Positions 41,560 through 49,726 of a stretch of 64,000 bases of DNA are shown here, one piece after another. The notes under the pieces are model-generated. The model did no database searches and was not told where the DNA came from. It saw nothing but the letters and a program-made list of their open reading frames with translations. Every line of letters begins with the position of its first letter. The stretch's first letter is position 1. A program made the translations under genes and the position numbers. Source of the DNA: Vicinamibacteria bacterium. Lineage in GTDB: Bacteria > Acidobacteriota > Vicinamibacteria > Vicinamibacterales > UBA8438. The stretch covers positions 2,095 to 66,094 of the forward strand of contig JAJEEA010000419.1 of NCBI GenBank assembly GCA_022821235.1, given 5' to 3'.

Positions 41560-43436
41560 CAGAAGAGCTCGTCGTCCCGTTCGTCGAAGAAGCCCTGCGG
41601 CCAGTGGTCGACGAACTCGCCGGTCTCGTCGATCCGAAGCCGCGTCGCCCTGACCTCGCCGTCGACCTGCTCCACGTAGACCACGGAGACCTGGTCCGGC
41701 TTCAGCGCAGGCTTTCCCTCGGGCAGCTCGCCGCTGGCCGTCTCTTCGATGCGACGCAGGAGGCGCAACATCAGGTGCTCGCTGTGGGTCTCGATCAGGA
41801 ACGCCCTGCCGCCGACCGCCTGTTCGGCGAAGAGATCGCCGAGTTCGACCTGAAGGCGGGGATGAACGTGCAACTCCGGCTGCTCGATGGCGGTGATCTC
41901 CGGTCGGTCCGGATCGAGAGCGGCGACCACCACCGGGAGTAACTGCGAGATGCCCACTCCGATTTCGGACGTTCGCACTTGCAGGTCGGTCCCGCTGGTC
42001 GCAATGAGCTGTACCTCTCTGCGAACTGAGGCGTTGGCGATCCCGTCGGCCAAGGCATTGATCTGGTCCGCTGGCGCCTTCCTCACGATGTCGCCACGAG
42101 ATTCAGTCCCGGACAGGTTTGCCGCCTTCGCCTTGGCCGCCGCCCAATCCTCGCCCAGAACGCTTTCGTTCAGCACATCCACCAACGGGGTAGTCGTAGG
42201 AAGCTCGATGTCGTTGCGCACTCGCAACTCGTAGCCCGTATCCAGCCGATCCTCGCGCGAGAGCCAGTCGCTCACCCGTGGGATGACCATGGCCTGATTG
42301 CGCTTGCGCGGGTTGGGAAAGTCGCGCGCAATTCGGCTCAACGTATCCTGCGCACGGACATTCAGAAGGTCCCAGGCCGCGGAGCCGTCGGCCCAACGCC
42401 CGGGGACGGACCTGTCCCGCTCTACGACCGTGCGCGGATGCAACTCGCGCAGCGGACCGAGATACCTGAACCGGGCCAGTTCGTCGCGCACAAGACTTCC
42501 GATACCGGGGAGCAGCATCGACAGTCGGTGGCGGGAATGCTGATCGAAGTCGCCGAAAGCGTCGTCTCTTGTGACCCAGAGCATCTGCCCCAATGGTGGC
42601 AAGGCGGAAGACGGCGTGGAAAGCACCGCCATGCGACGGAGTTCCCGGCCATACTCCACCGATCCGCGCGCCTCCCGCACGTGTCCGACCTCTTGCGACG
42701 GGATGAAGTTCCCCTGGTCGTCCATCCCGTATTCGAGCAACGGATGCGACAGGTTCGTCAACAGGATCGCCTGCCCGGAGAAGGCCGGTTCGGTGATTCG
42801 CCCCACGAGCTGTCCGTCGACACCGATCTCGTAGCGACTGACAATCGGCTCGTCCCGTTCTCGCTGCCATTCGGCCGTAAGTTCCAGCCACCCTGCCTCT
42901 GCACCGTCGAGGACGTCGCGTTCCTCCAGCAAGGGTATGTCGCCTGTCGGCAACATGACCGGCACGTGGGTACCCCACCCCGCGAGCTCGGGCAGGCTCC
43001 GATCCCGCAGGTCCAACTCGAAGCGAAGTCGCAAGGGACGCGTCGAATCGTGCCCATGGACGAAACGCCGGAACCCGCCGAGGTCGACCTGGTCGCCGCC
43101 GAGCTCGGTGGTGCGTGCGTCGACGTTACGGTGGCTGAGGATCTCGTGTGCGTAGCACAGCGCATGGAGGATCGTGCTCTTGCCGGCGCTGTTGCGGCCG
43201 AACAGCAGGGTGATCGGCCGCAGATCGATCCGCACCGGACGGCCGATGCCCTTGAAGTTCTCGATCTCGATGGCGGTGATCAGCGGGACCTCCTGCTCGG
43301 GTTGTTCAGTGTCGCTCGACTGGTGCGACGTCTCCGACCCGAACGCCGGTTCTCCCTTCAGCCCCGGATCCGGCCCTTGCGGCCGTCCCGGCGCAGACTG
43401 GGAGGCGTTGCGTGGATGCGTCGGTTCGTCTGTCAT
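41559..43436 (-). CDS. ABC-type (AAA_15/AAA_21-like) ATPase A1 with DUF3696-like C-terminus
   Basis: IEIENFKGIGRPVRIDLRPITLLFGRNSAGKST, IEQPELHVHPRLQVELGDLF, IETHSEHLMLRLLRRIEE, and ...DHWPQGFFDERDDELF at the end. Confidence 0.85.
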   Translation of the reverse strand: MTDEPTHPRNASQSAPGRPQGPDPGLKGEPAFGSETSHQSSDTEQPEQEVPLITAIEIENFKGIGRPVRIDLRPITLLFGRNSAGKSTILHALCYAHEILSHRNVDARTTELGGDQVDLGGFRRFVHGHDSTRPLRLRFELDLRDRSLPELAGWGTHVPVMLPTGDIPLLEERDVLDGAEAGWLELTAEWQRERDEPIVSRYEIGVDGQLVGRITEPAFSGQAILLTNLSHPLLEYGMDDQGNFIPSQEVGHVREARGSVEYGRELRRMAVLSTPSSALPPLGQMLWVTRDDAFGDFDQHSRHRLSMLLPGIGSLVRDELARFRYLGPLRELHPRTVVERDRSVPGRWADGSAAWDLLNVRAQDTLSRIARDFPNPRKRNQAMVIPRVSDWLSREDRLDTGYELRVRNDIELPTTTPLVDVLNESVLGEDWAAAKAKAANLSGTESRGDIVRKAPADQINALADGIANASVRREVQLIATSGTDLQVRTSEIGVGISQLLPVVVAALDPDRPEITAIEQPELHVHPRLQVELGDLFAEQAVGGRAFLIETHSEHLMLRLLRRIEETASGELPEGKPALKPDQVSVVYVEQVDGEVRATRLRIDETGEFVDHWPQGFFDERDDELF

Positions 43437-43465
43437 GTTCGTAACCTACCTGCTCCACCTACATA

Positions 43466-43481
43466 AGCAAGGCGCGTGCCA
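43466..43481 (-). promoter_or_regulatory. sigma-54 (-24/-12) promoter TGGCAC-gcgcc-TTGCT
   Basis: The reverse complement of 43466-43481 reads TGGCACGCGCCTTGCT. It lies 25 nt after the RtcR-like stop and about 30 nt before the A1 ATG (43436). AGGTAGG Shine-Dalgarno-like sequence 8 nt before the ATG. Confidence 0.65.
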
Positions 43482-43506
43482 GCACGTCCCGAGCCAACCG
43501 CTTGCA

Positions 43507-45032
43507 TCAACCGCGCCGGTTCTCGATCCGCCGCGTCACGCCGTAGCGATGCATCCAGTTCGTGAGTGTCTGGTAGCTGGGCAGCCCGATCAACTCGGCC
43601 GCTCGCGTCTTGTTGCTGGCTGCCTCGTCGAGCGCGCGCTCCAGGTAGTGACGGGCGAGGTCGGCCATCAGGGCCGGGAGATCGAGGCCGCCGCGGAGTG
43701 GCCGACCCAGCAGATCGGCTGACGCGTCCGTCGCCGTGCGGAGCAGTTCCTCGCCCACATCCCCGGCCTCGATGACGGCGTGCGGGCGTCCACAGCACGA
43801 GCCGGTCCATCGTCGCCTGCAGCTCCCGCACGTTGCCGGGCCACAGGTGCCGCAACAGAAGGTTCCTGGCCTTTGGAGAGAGAATCTTCTGTTCGACGCC
43901 GGGCTGGTCGGCGAACTTTCGGTTAGCGGCCGCCAGGAAGTGATCGATGAGCGGCGTCAGGTCGCCCTGGCGCTCGCGGAGCGGCGGCAGCCGGATGACG
44001 CCGGTCGCCAGCCGGTAGTAGAGGTCCTCCCGGAACCGGCCCGCCGCCACCTCGGCCGCGAGGTCGCGGTTGGTGGCCGCGATCACCCGCACGTCGACTG
44101 CCACCGCGCGGTCGGCGCCGAGGCGCCGCACGGTCTTCTCCTGCAGCGTGCGCAGCAGCTTGACCTGGGCGTCGGGGGGCAGCTCGCCAATCTCGTCGAG
44201 GAACAGGGTTCCGCCGTCGGCCGCTTCGAAGTGGCCGGCGCGGGCGCGGACGGCGCCGGAGAACGCGCCCCGCTCGTGGCCGAAGAGCAGCGATTCGACG
44301 AGGCCCTCGGGCAGCGCGCCGCAGTTGACGTCCTCGAAGCGTCCGCGGGCGCGGCGGCTCTCGGCGTGGATGGCCCGGGCGAACAGCTCCTTGCCCGTGC
44401 CGGACGCGCCCTCGATAAGGACAATGACGTGGTGCGGGGCCACCCGGCGGGCGCGGGCTCTTGCCCGGTCCATCAGCGGACTGCGGCCCACTATTCGGTC
44501 GAACGCGGGAGACGCCGTCGGCAGGCCGGTGGTCAGCCGTTCGATCTTCGCATCGGCATGCCGCAGCAACGCCGGCACGTACTCGGCGGCGATGTCGAAG
44601 GGCACCGAGACCGTGCGCACGCCGGTCTGGGGGTGCGACTGAATCAGCTCCGCGGGATAGCGGGTCTTGGCGAGCAGCACCCAGACCGCCTGCATGGCGG
44701 GCGTGCCGGGGCTGACGTGCACCGCGAGGTCAGCGTCGGCGCCGAACTCGTCGCGCGTGAAGTCGAAGGCCCGAACCACCGCGGCGTGGATGGCGCCGTA
44801 GTCGGTCGGATCGGACAGGACTTCGGTCCGAAGATGGATGGAAGGAGCGCCCGACTCGACCAGCCGGTCGAACGAACGCCCGGTTCTCCGACGCCGGATA
44901 GTTGGAGAGCAGCACCAGCGCATCGAGCCGGCGAGCGGCGACGACGCTGCCGACGGGACCCCGACCCGGCCGCCCCCCCCGCGCGCAGTCGAGGTCGGTC
45001 TGGCCGATCCAGGTCAGGAGCACCGCGGGCAC
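43507..45032 (-). CDS. RtcR-like sigma-54-dependent activator (CARF-type N-domain + AAA+ + Fis HTH); two apparent frameshifts (~44870-44885, ~43775-43790)
   Basis: GTG start then [43 protein letters not shown] resembles E. coli RtcR HITTGTHVAQICWFLLAEARYLPARLIQS (recalled from memory). [25 protein letters not shown]. Tail [21 protein letters not shown]. Confidence 0.75.
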
Positions 45033-45269
45033 CGCGAGATCATAAACTCTCTTGCCTCTGACGCAAGAGTACTCCTATGTCCACAAGTGTTGGACCTGCA
45101 CCGTGGCAGCCGTGTCTTCGCCACCTCGGACAGAATGCAGCGCATCAATCAGGAAACCCGAGACCGACCTCGCGGGGAAACGACCGATCACGGTCGAGCT
45201 CAGGCCGGACACCGGCCCAGGGAGAGGCGTTCAGGAACTCGACCAGCGCGAGGGCTGCGGACGCCCGGC

Positions 45270-46283
45270 CTACCCCTCGGCCGCCATCGGCTCGTCGCGG
45301 CCGACGACCCGGGTCGCGGGGCCCAGGATCAGCGGGTCGGGGCGCGTCACCACCTCGGGGTTCTTGTCGGGGTAGGGGACGTTCGAGAGGAAGTGCAGCA
45401 GGCAGGCGACGCGTGCGCGCTTCTTGTCGTCCGACTTGATGACCGTCCACGGGGCGTCGGCAGTGTCGGTGTAGAAGAACATCGCCTCCTTGGCCTCGGT
45501 GTAGCCGTCCCACTTGTCGAGCGAGGCGAGGTCGACGGGCGAGATCTTCCACTGCTTGAGGGGGTCGTTCTGACGGCTGCCGAAGCGGCGCGCCTGCTCG
45601 TCCTGGGAGACCGAGAACCAGTACTTGAACAGTCGGATGCCGCTGTTGACGAGCATGCGCTCGAGCTCGGGGCACTGGCGCATGAACTCGAGGTACTCCG
45701 AGCCGGTGCAGAAGCCCATCACCCGCTCGACCCCGGCGCGGTTGTACCAGGACCGGTCGAACAGCACGATCTCGCCCGCCGCCGGCAGGTGCTCGATGTA
45801 GCGCTGGAAGTACCACTGCCCGCGCTCACGCTCGGTGGGCTTCTCGAGGGCCACGACGCGGGCGCCTCGGGGGTTCAGGTGCTCCATGAACCGCTTGATG
45901 GTGCCGCCCTTGCCGGCCGCGTCGCGCCCCTCGAACAGGACGACGATGCGGGTGCCCGACTCCTTGACCCAGCGCTGCACCTTGAGCAGCTCGGCCTGCA
46001 GGGCGGCCTTGCGCCGCTCGTAGGCGCCGCGCTTCATGCGGTCCGAGTAGGGATAGACGCCCTCCTTGAAGACGCGCCGGATGACGTCGGGGTCGTGGGG
46101 CGTCGGACCGACGGCGTCCGTCGGAATCGGGCCCGTCGGCGGGTCGTCGACGACGGCCGGTCCGCTCCCGTGCGCGCGGGACTTGCGCGCTCCCGTCTTG
46201 CTCTTCGCTTTCTTCCTCTTCTTCACCGACGCCTTGCCGGCATCGGCGCGCCCCGATGGTCGGGGACCGGTCTCCTCGGTCAT
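45270..46283 (-). CDS. ppk2: polyphosphate kinase 2
   Basis: VVLFEGRDAAGKGGTIKRF Walker A, FDRSWYNRAGVERVMGF, and the lid region typical of PPK2. Confidence 0.9.
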   Translation of the reverse strand: MTEETGPRPSGRADAGKASVKKRKKAKSKTGARKSRAHGSGPAVVDDPPTGPIPTDAVGPTPHDPDVIRRVFKEGVYPYSDRMKRGAYERRKAALQAELLKVQRWVKESGTRIVVLFEGRDAAGKGGTIKRFMEHLNPRGARVVALEKPTERERGQWYFQRYIEHLPAAGEIVLFDRSWYNRAGVERVMGFCTGSEYLEFMRQCPELERMLVNSGIRLFKYWFSVSQDEQARRFGSRQNDPLKQWKISPVDLASLDKWDGYTEAKEAMFFYTDTADAPWTVIKSDDKKRARVACLLHFLSNVPYPDKNPEVVTRPDPLILGPATRVVGRDEPMAAEG

Positions 46284-46580
46284 GGCTTCCCTGTGCCCTG
46301 GCTGTCGGCGCCCGCGGGCTGCGCGCCCGTGGCGAGAGTCCCCCGCTGCATTCGAGCGGCGCTGCCCCGCACCGCACGGGGGCCTACCTCTTCAGAAGCC
46401 GCAGGCGCCGAAAGTCCCGCCTGCACTCCAGCGGCGATTCGTCCCGCGTGACTGCGACGATCGGCGGTCATGCGGGGCATCCCTCCTCGTCGCGCCTCGC
46501 CACGCAGACGACCTCCGCCCCCTGAAGGCCTCGCCACCGGCTACGACACGCGGCTGCGATACGGCTCACGGAGGCGCCAT

Positions 46581-47543
46581 TCATTGTGTGGCCGCGCGCG
46601 TCGCCGCCTCCTCGAGCCGCGCGTTCCGCAGGATGTTGGCGAGCCCGTAGTTCCCCTCGTGGCAGGCGTACTCGTACATCGCGTGATCGGTCTTCTTCAG
46701 CGGGAACATCACGGTCCAGGGCGACACCCAGGTGGACGGATCGTCGGCGGTGATCTCGTAGCGCACGGTGTCGGGCCCCACCCGGGTGAACCGCTCGGTC
46801 ACGCGCACGGCTCCGGTCGAGCCCCGGAACCCGGCGCCGTCCCGGTAGTGCGTGGACTCGACGACCAGCGTGTCGCCGTCCCACCGCCCGCGCGCCTCGC
46901 CGTGCCACTGCGGGATGCCGGCCCGGGGCCGCCCGTCGAGGGGCACGATGCGCGCGTCGTGGATCATCTCGGACAAGATGACGACGTGGTCCGGCGTCTG
47001 CAGGATCTGGTAGTTGTTGTTGTAGGCGCCCGGCAGCCGCGGCGTCCCGAAGCTGAGGCACCGCTCGGTGTTTCCGCGATAGTCGGCCCCGTCGGCGGGA
47101 TGCGCGCGCCGGCGGGCCGACCGCTCGGCGTTGCGCCGCCGCGCGTCGTCGGTCAGGGCGGGAACGCGCCCGTCCGGCGGATCGACGATGAGCGAGGTGC
47201 GCCGGTCCTCGGTCAGCTCCTTGCCGTAGTCGAGCCACCACTTCGCGTGCACGCTAGGGGCTCGGTCGTAGTCGGCCTGCTCCTCGAGCGTGCGGGCGGT
47301 GAAGACGGCGGCCTCCTCCTCGCTCATCACCGCCTTGCCCGCGAACTCGCGGGGGCGCTCGAGCGGCGTCATCGTGCGGTAGTCCCAGACCCCCTGCAGG
47401 TCGGGGGCGCCCCACGCGGTCCGGGGGATCTGCCACTCGGCGTCGGCGCCGCCGGTCTGGGCCGCCGCCCCCGACGCCGACAGAACGCACACGCTCCACG
47501 CCGCCACGATGCGAACTCCGAGGGCCGGGGCGCTCCTGCGCAT
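46581..47543 (-). CDS. conserved secreted protein of unknown function (paralogue of 52026..52988)
   Basis: ATG at 47543 with a signal peptide. Shared blocks APDLQGVWDYRTMTPLERP, TSLIVDPPDGRVP, YNNNYQILQTPDHVVIL, ACHEGNY. Confidence 0.6.
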   Translation of the reverse strand: MRRSAPALGVRIVAAWSVCVLSASGAAAQTGGADAEWQIPRTAWGAPDLQGVWDYRTMTPLERPREFAGKAVMSEEEAAVFTARTLEEQADYDRAPSVHAKWWLDYGKELTEDRRTSLIVDPPDGRVPALTDDARRRNAERSARRRAHPADGADYRGNTERCLSFGTPRLPGAYNNNYQILQTPDHVVILSEMIHDARIVPLDGRPRAGIPQWHGEARGRWDGDTLVVESTHYRDGAGFRGSTGAVRVTERFTRVGPDTVRYEITADDPSTWVSPWTVMFPLKKTDHAMYEYACHEGNYGLANILRNARLEEAATRAATQ

Positions 47544-48072
47544 GTCGTTGTCTCCCTGTCTCGCGCGGCCGGCGCGCTCGCCCGCCGCTCTCCGTCCGCG
47601 GGTGGCGGACAATGCGGCCCGGCGGCACGCCGGCGAGCCGTTGCGTGCACGATAGCACTCCGGGCGACCCGGAGTCACGCCTCGCCGGCCCCTGCCCGGA
47701 TCCCCCGCCACCTCGCGAGCGGCGAGCCGCCGGCCCGGCAGAGCGTGACGCGGGAGCCTGTCGCGATGGGTGAGGGCGGAGCAAGGCAGGCCCGCGCACC
47801 GGTGGGCGACGACCGCACCCTCGCGACTCGCCGCAGTCGCGATGGATGAGAGCGGAGCAAGGCAGCCCCGCGGGACCACCCCGCCGGCAGGATTCGCCGC
47901 CTGGCGAGAAGCTCGACGGCACGAGGGCGAACCGGCCATGCAACGAAGCCTCGCCTCGCTTCGCGGTCGGGCATCGGGCCGCCGGACCGCCGCCGCTCCG
48001 GCTTGAACGGCGCGCGGACGATCGCCATAATCCCGTCCATCCGAATCCCGCGCGTCCCCAGGAGAGCCACAC

Positions 48073-48573
48073 ATGTGCAAAGCCGCTTCCGCCCTGCTGC
48101 TCGTCCTGCTGGCGTCCGCCGCCGGAGCCCAGGACGCCCCGGTTGCGACGGACGTCACCTCGGCCGACATCCAGAAGTTCATCAACGCGCTGCCCCGCGA
48201 CGCCGTCAGCGACCGCCCGATCAGGGTCGTCGAGGTCACCGGCGACTACCGGGTCGGCGTCTACGGCGTCTTCCGCCCGCAGTCGCCGCTCGGGGGCGCG
48301 AACCTGCACCGGGTGAACACGACCGAGATCTACTACATGGTGGAAGGGGTCGGCACCCTCGTAACCGGCGGCGAGTTGATAGACCCGACCCCGGCCCCCA
48401 GCGGCACGAGCATCCGGGGCTCCGGCATCCGGGGTGGGGTGTCGCGGCGCATCACCAAGGGCGACGTCGTCATCATCCCCGGGCACACCCCGCACTGGTG
48501 GAGCGACCTCGAGACCGACATCGAGTACCTGATCTTCCGGCCCGATCCGGACAACCGGATACCGCTCCGGTAG
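48073..48573 (+). CDS. secreted cupin-domain protein
   Basis: Signal peptide. Cupin-like HRVNTTEIYYMVEGVGTL ... GDVVIIPGHTPHWW. Confidence 0.55.
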   Translation: MCKAASALLLVLLASAAGAQDAPVATDVTSADIQKFINALPRDAVSDRPIRVVEVTGDYRVGVYGVFRPQSPLGGANLHRVNTTEIYYMVEGVGTLVTGGELIDPTPAPSGTSIRGSGIRGGVSRRITKGDVVIIPGHTPHWWSDLETDIEYLIFRPDPDNRIPLR

Positions 48574-48671
48574 CCGGACCGCCGGACCGCGGCGCAGGGA
48601 CGAAACCCGTTTGACAACGCCCCCCTGTTACTCACAGACTGGCCCCTGCTTCTGAAGGCCTGAGGCTCTCG

Positions 48672-49496
48672 ATGTACCGAGTCCGAGGAAACACGATGTT
48701 GAACAGCGCAGCACGAAGGACGACAGGATGGAAGGCCGGCGCGCTCGGCCTGGTCGCCGCCCTGGCGGCGGGAGCCGCCCCCGCCGCCGCCCAGGACCAC
48801 GTCGGCCAGTACGAGCAGGCGGACATCGAGTTCGGCGCCCGTCTGTACGACGCCAACTGCGTGCAGTGCCACGCCGAGAGCGGCGACGCGGTGGCGGGGG
48901 TCGATCTCGCCGGCGGCGTCTACAGCCGGGCCGGCTCGGACCCCGAGCTGATGGGTCTGCTCCGCGCCGGCATCCCCGGCACCGCGATGCCGCCCAACGA
49001 GTTCACGTCCGGCGAGCTCACCGGCCTCGTGGCCTATCTCCGGACGATGCGCGACGTCGACCTGAGCGCGGTGACCCTGGGCGACGAGGCGCGGGGCGAG
49101 GCGCTGTTCGCCGGCAGGGGCGCCTGCGCGTCGTGCCACCGGGTATTCGGCGAGGGCTCGCGGGTGGCCCCCGACCTCAGCGCCATCGGGGCCGTGCGCA
49201 CGGCAGCGTACCTGCAGGAGTCGCTGCTCGACCCCACCGGCTCGATGCTGGCGGTGAACCGCCCGTTGCGCGCGGTGCTCGCTGACGGCACCGTCCTCAC
49301 CGGGCGCCGGCTCAACGAGGACACGTACACCATACAGATGATCGACCAGGACGAGCGCCTGCGGTCGCTCGAGAAGGCCGACCTGCGCGAGCTGACGGCC
49401 GGCGCCGAGTCGACCATGCCGCCCGCGACCGACGCGCTCGACGACCAGGAGGTGGCCGACGTGCTCGCCTACCTGCTCACGCTGAAGGGACTGTGA
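48672..49496 (+). CDS. dihaem c-type cytochrome
   Basis: Two CxxCH motifs (CVQCH, CASCH) and a signal peptide. Immediately upstream of the PQQ dehydrogenase. Confidence 0.8.
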   Translation: MYRVRGNTMLNSAARRTTGWKAGALGLVAALAAGAAPAAAQDHVGQYEQADIEFGARLYDANCVQCHAESGDAVAGVDLAGGVYSRAGSDPELMGLLRAGIPGTAMPPNEFTSGELTGLVAYLRTMRDVDLSAVTLGDEARGEALFAGRGACASCHRVFGEGSRVAPDLSAIGAVRTAAYLQESLLDPTGSMLAVNRPLRAVLADGTVLTGRRLNEDTYTIQMIDQDERLRSLEKADLRELTAGAESTMPPATDALDDQEVADVLAYLLTLKGL

Positions 49497-49726
49497 ACGC
49501 CACCAGCACTCCGCGGTCCAGACCGGCTGTCGCCGGCGCACGGCGCAGGCGCCCGACCCCGCCGCATGATGGGCGTGACCGCAAAGACGGATCTCGAGAC
49601 GGGATTCGCGGTCATGGCTGCTGCGGGCGTGGCCCTGACCCTTGGGTTCTGCTGGCTCACTGTCGTTCCCAAGGAGTGGCGAGACCGGCTTCAATCGCAT
49701 GACCGCGGCACGCCGGAGGACCACCA

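Noticed and set aside
45047-45069. 7-bp stem hairpin (CTCTTGC-ctctgac-GCAAGAG) just upstream of the RtcR-like start, considered as a regulatory element.
   Set aside because: The stem is short and has no supporting conservation. It is noted only as context for the locus.
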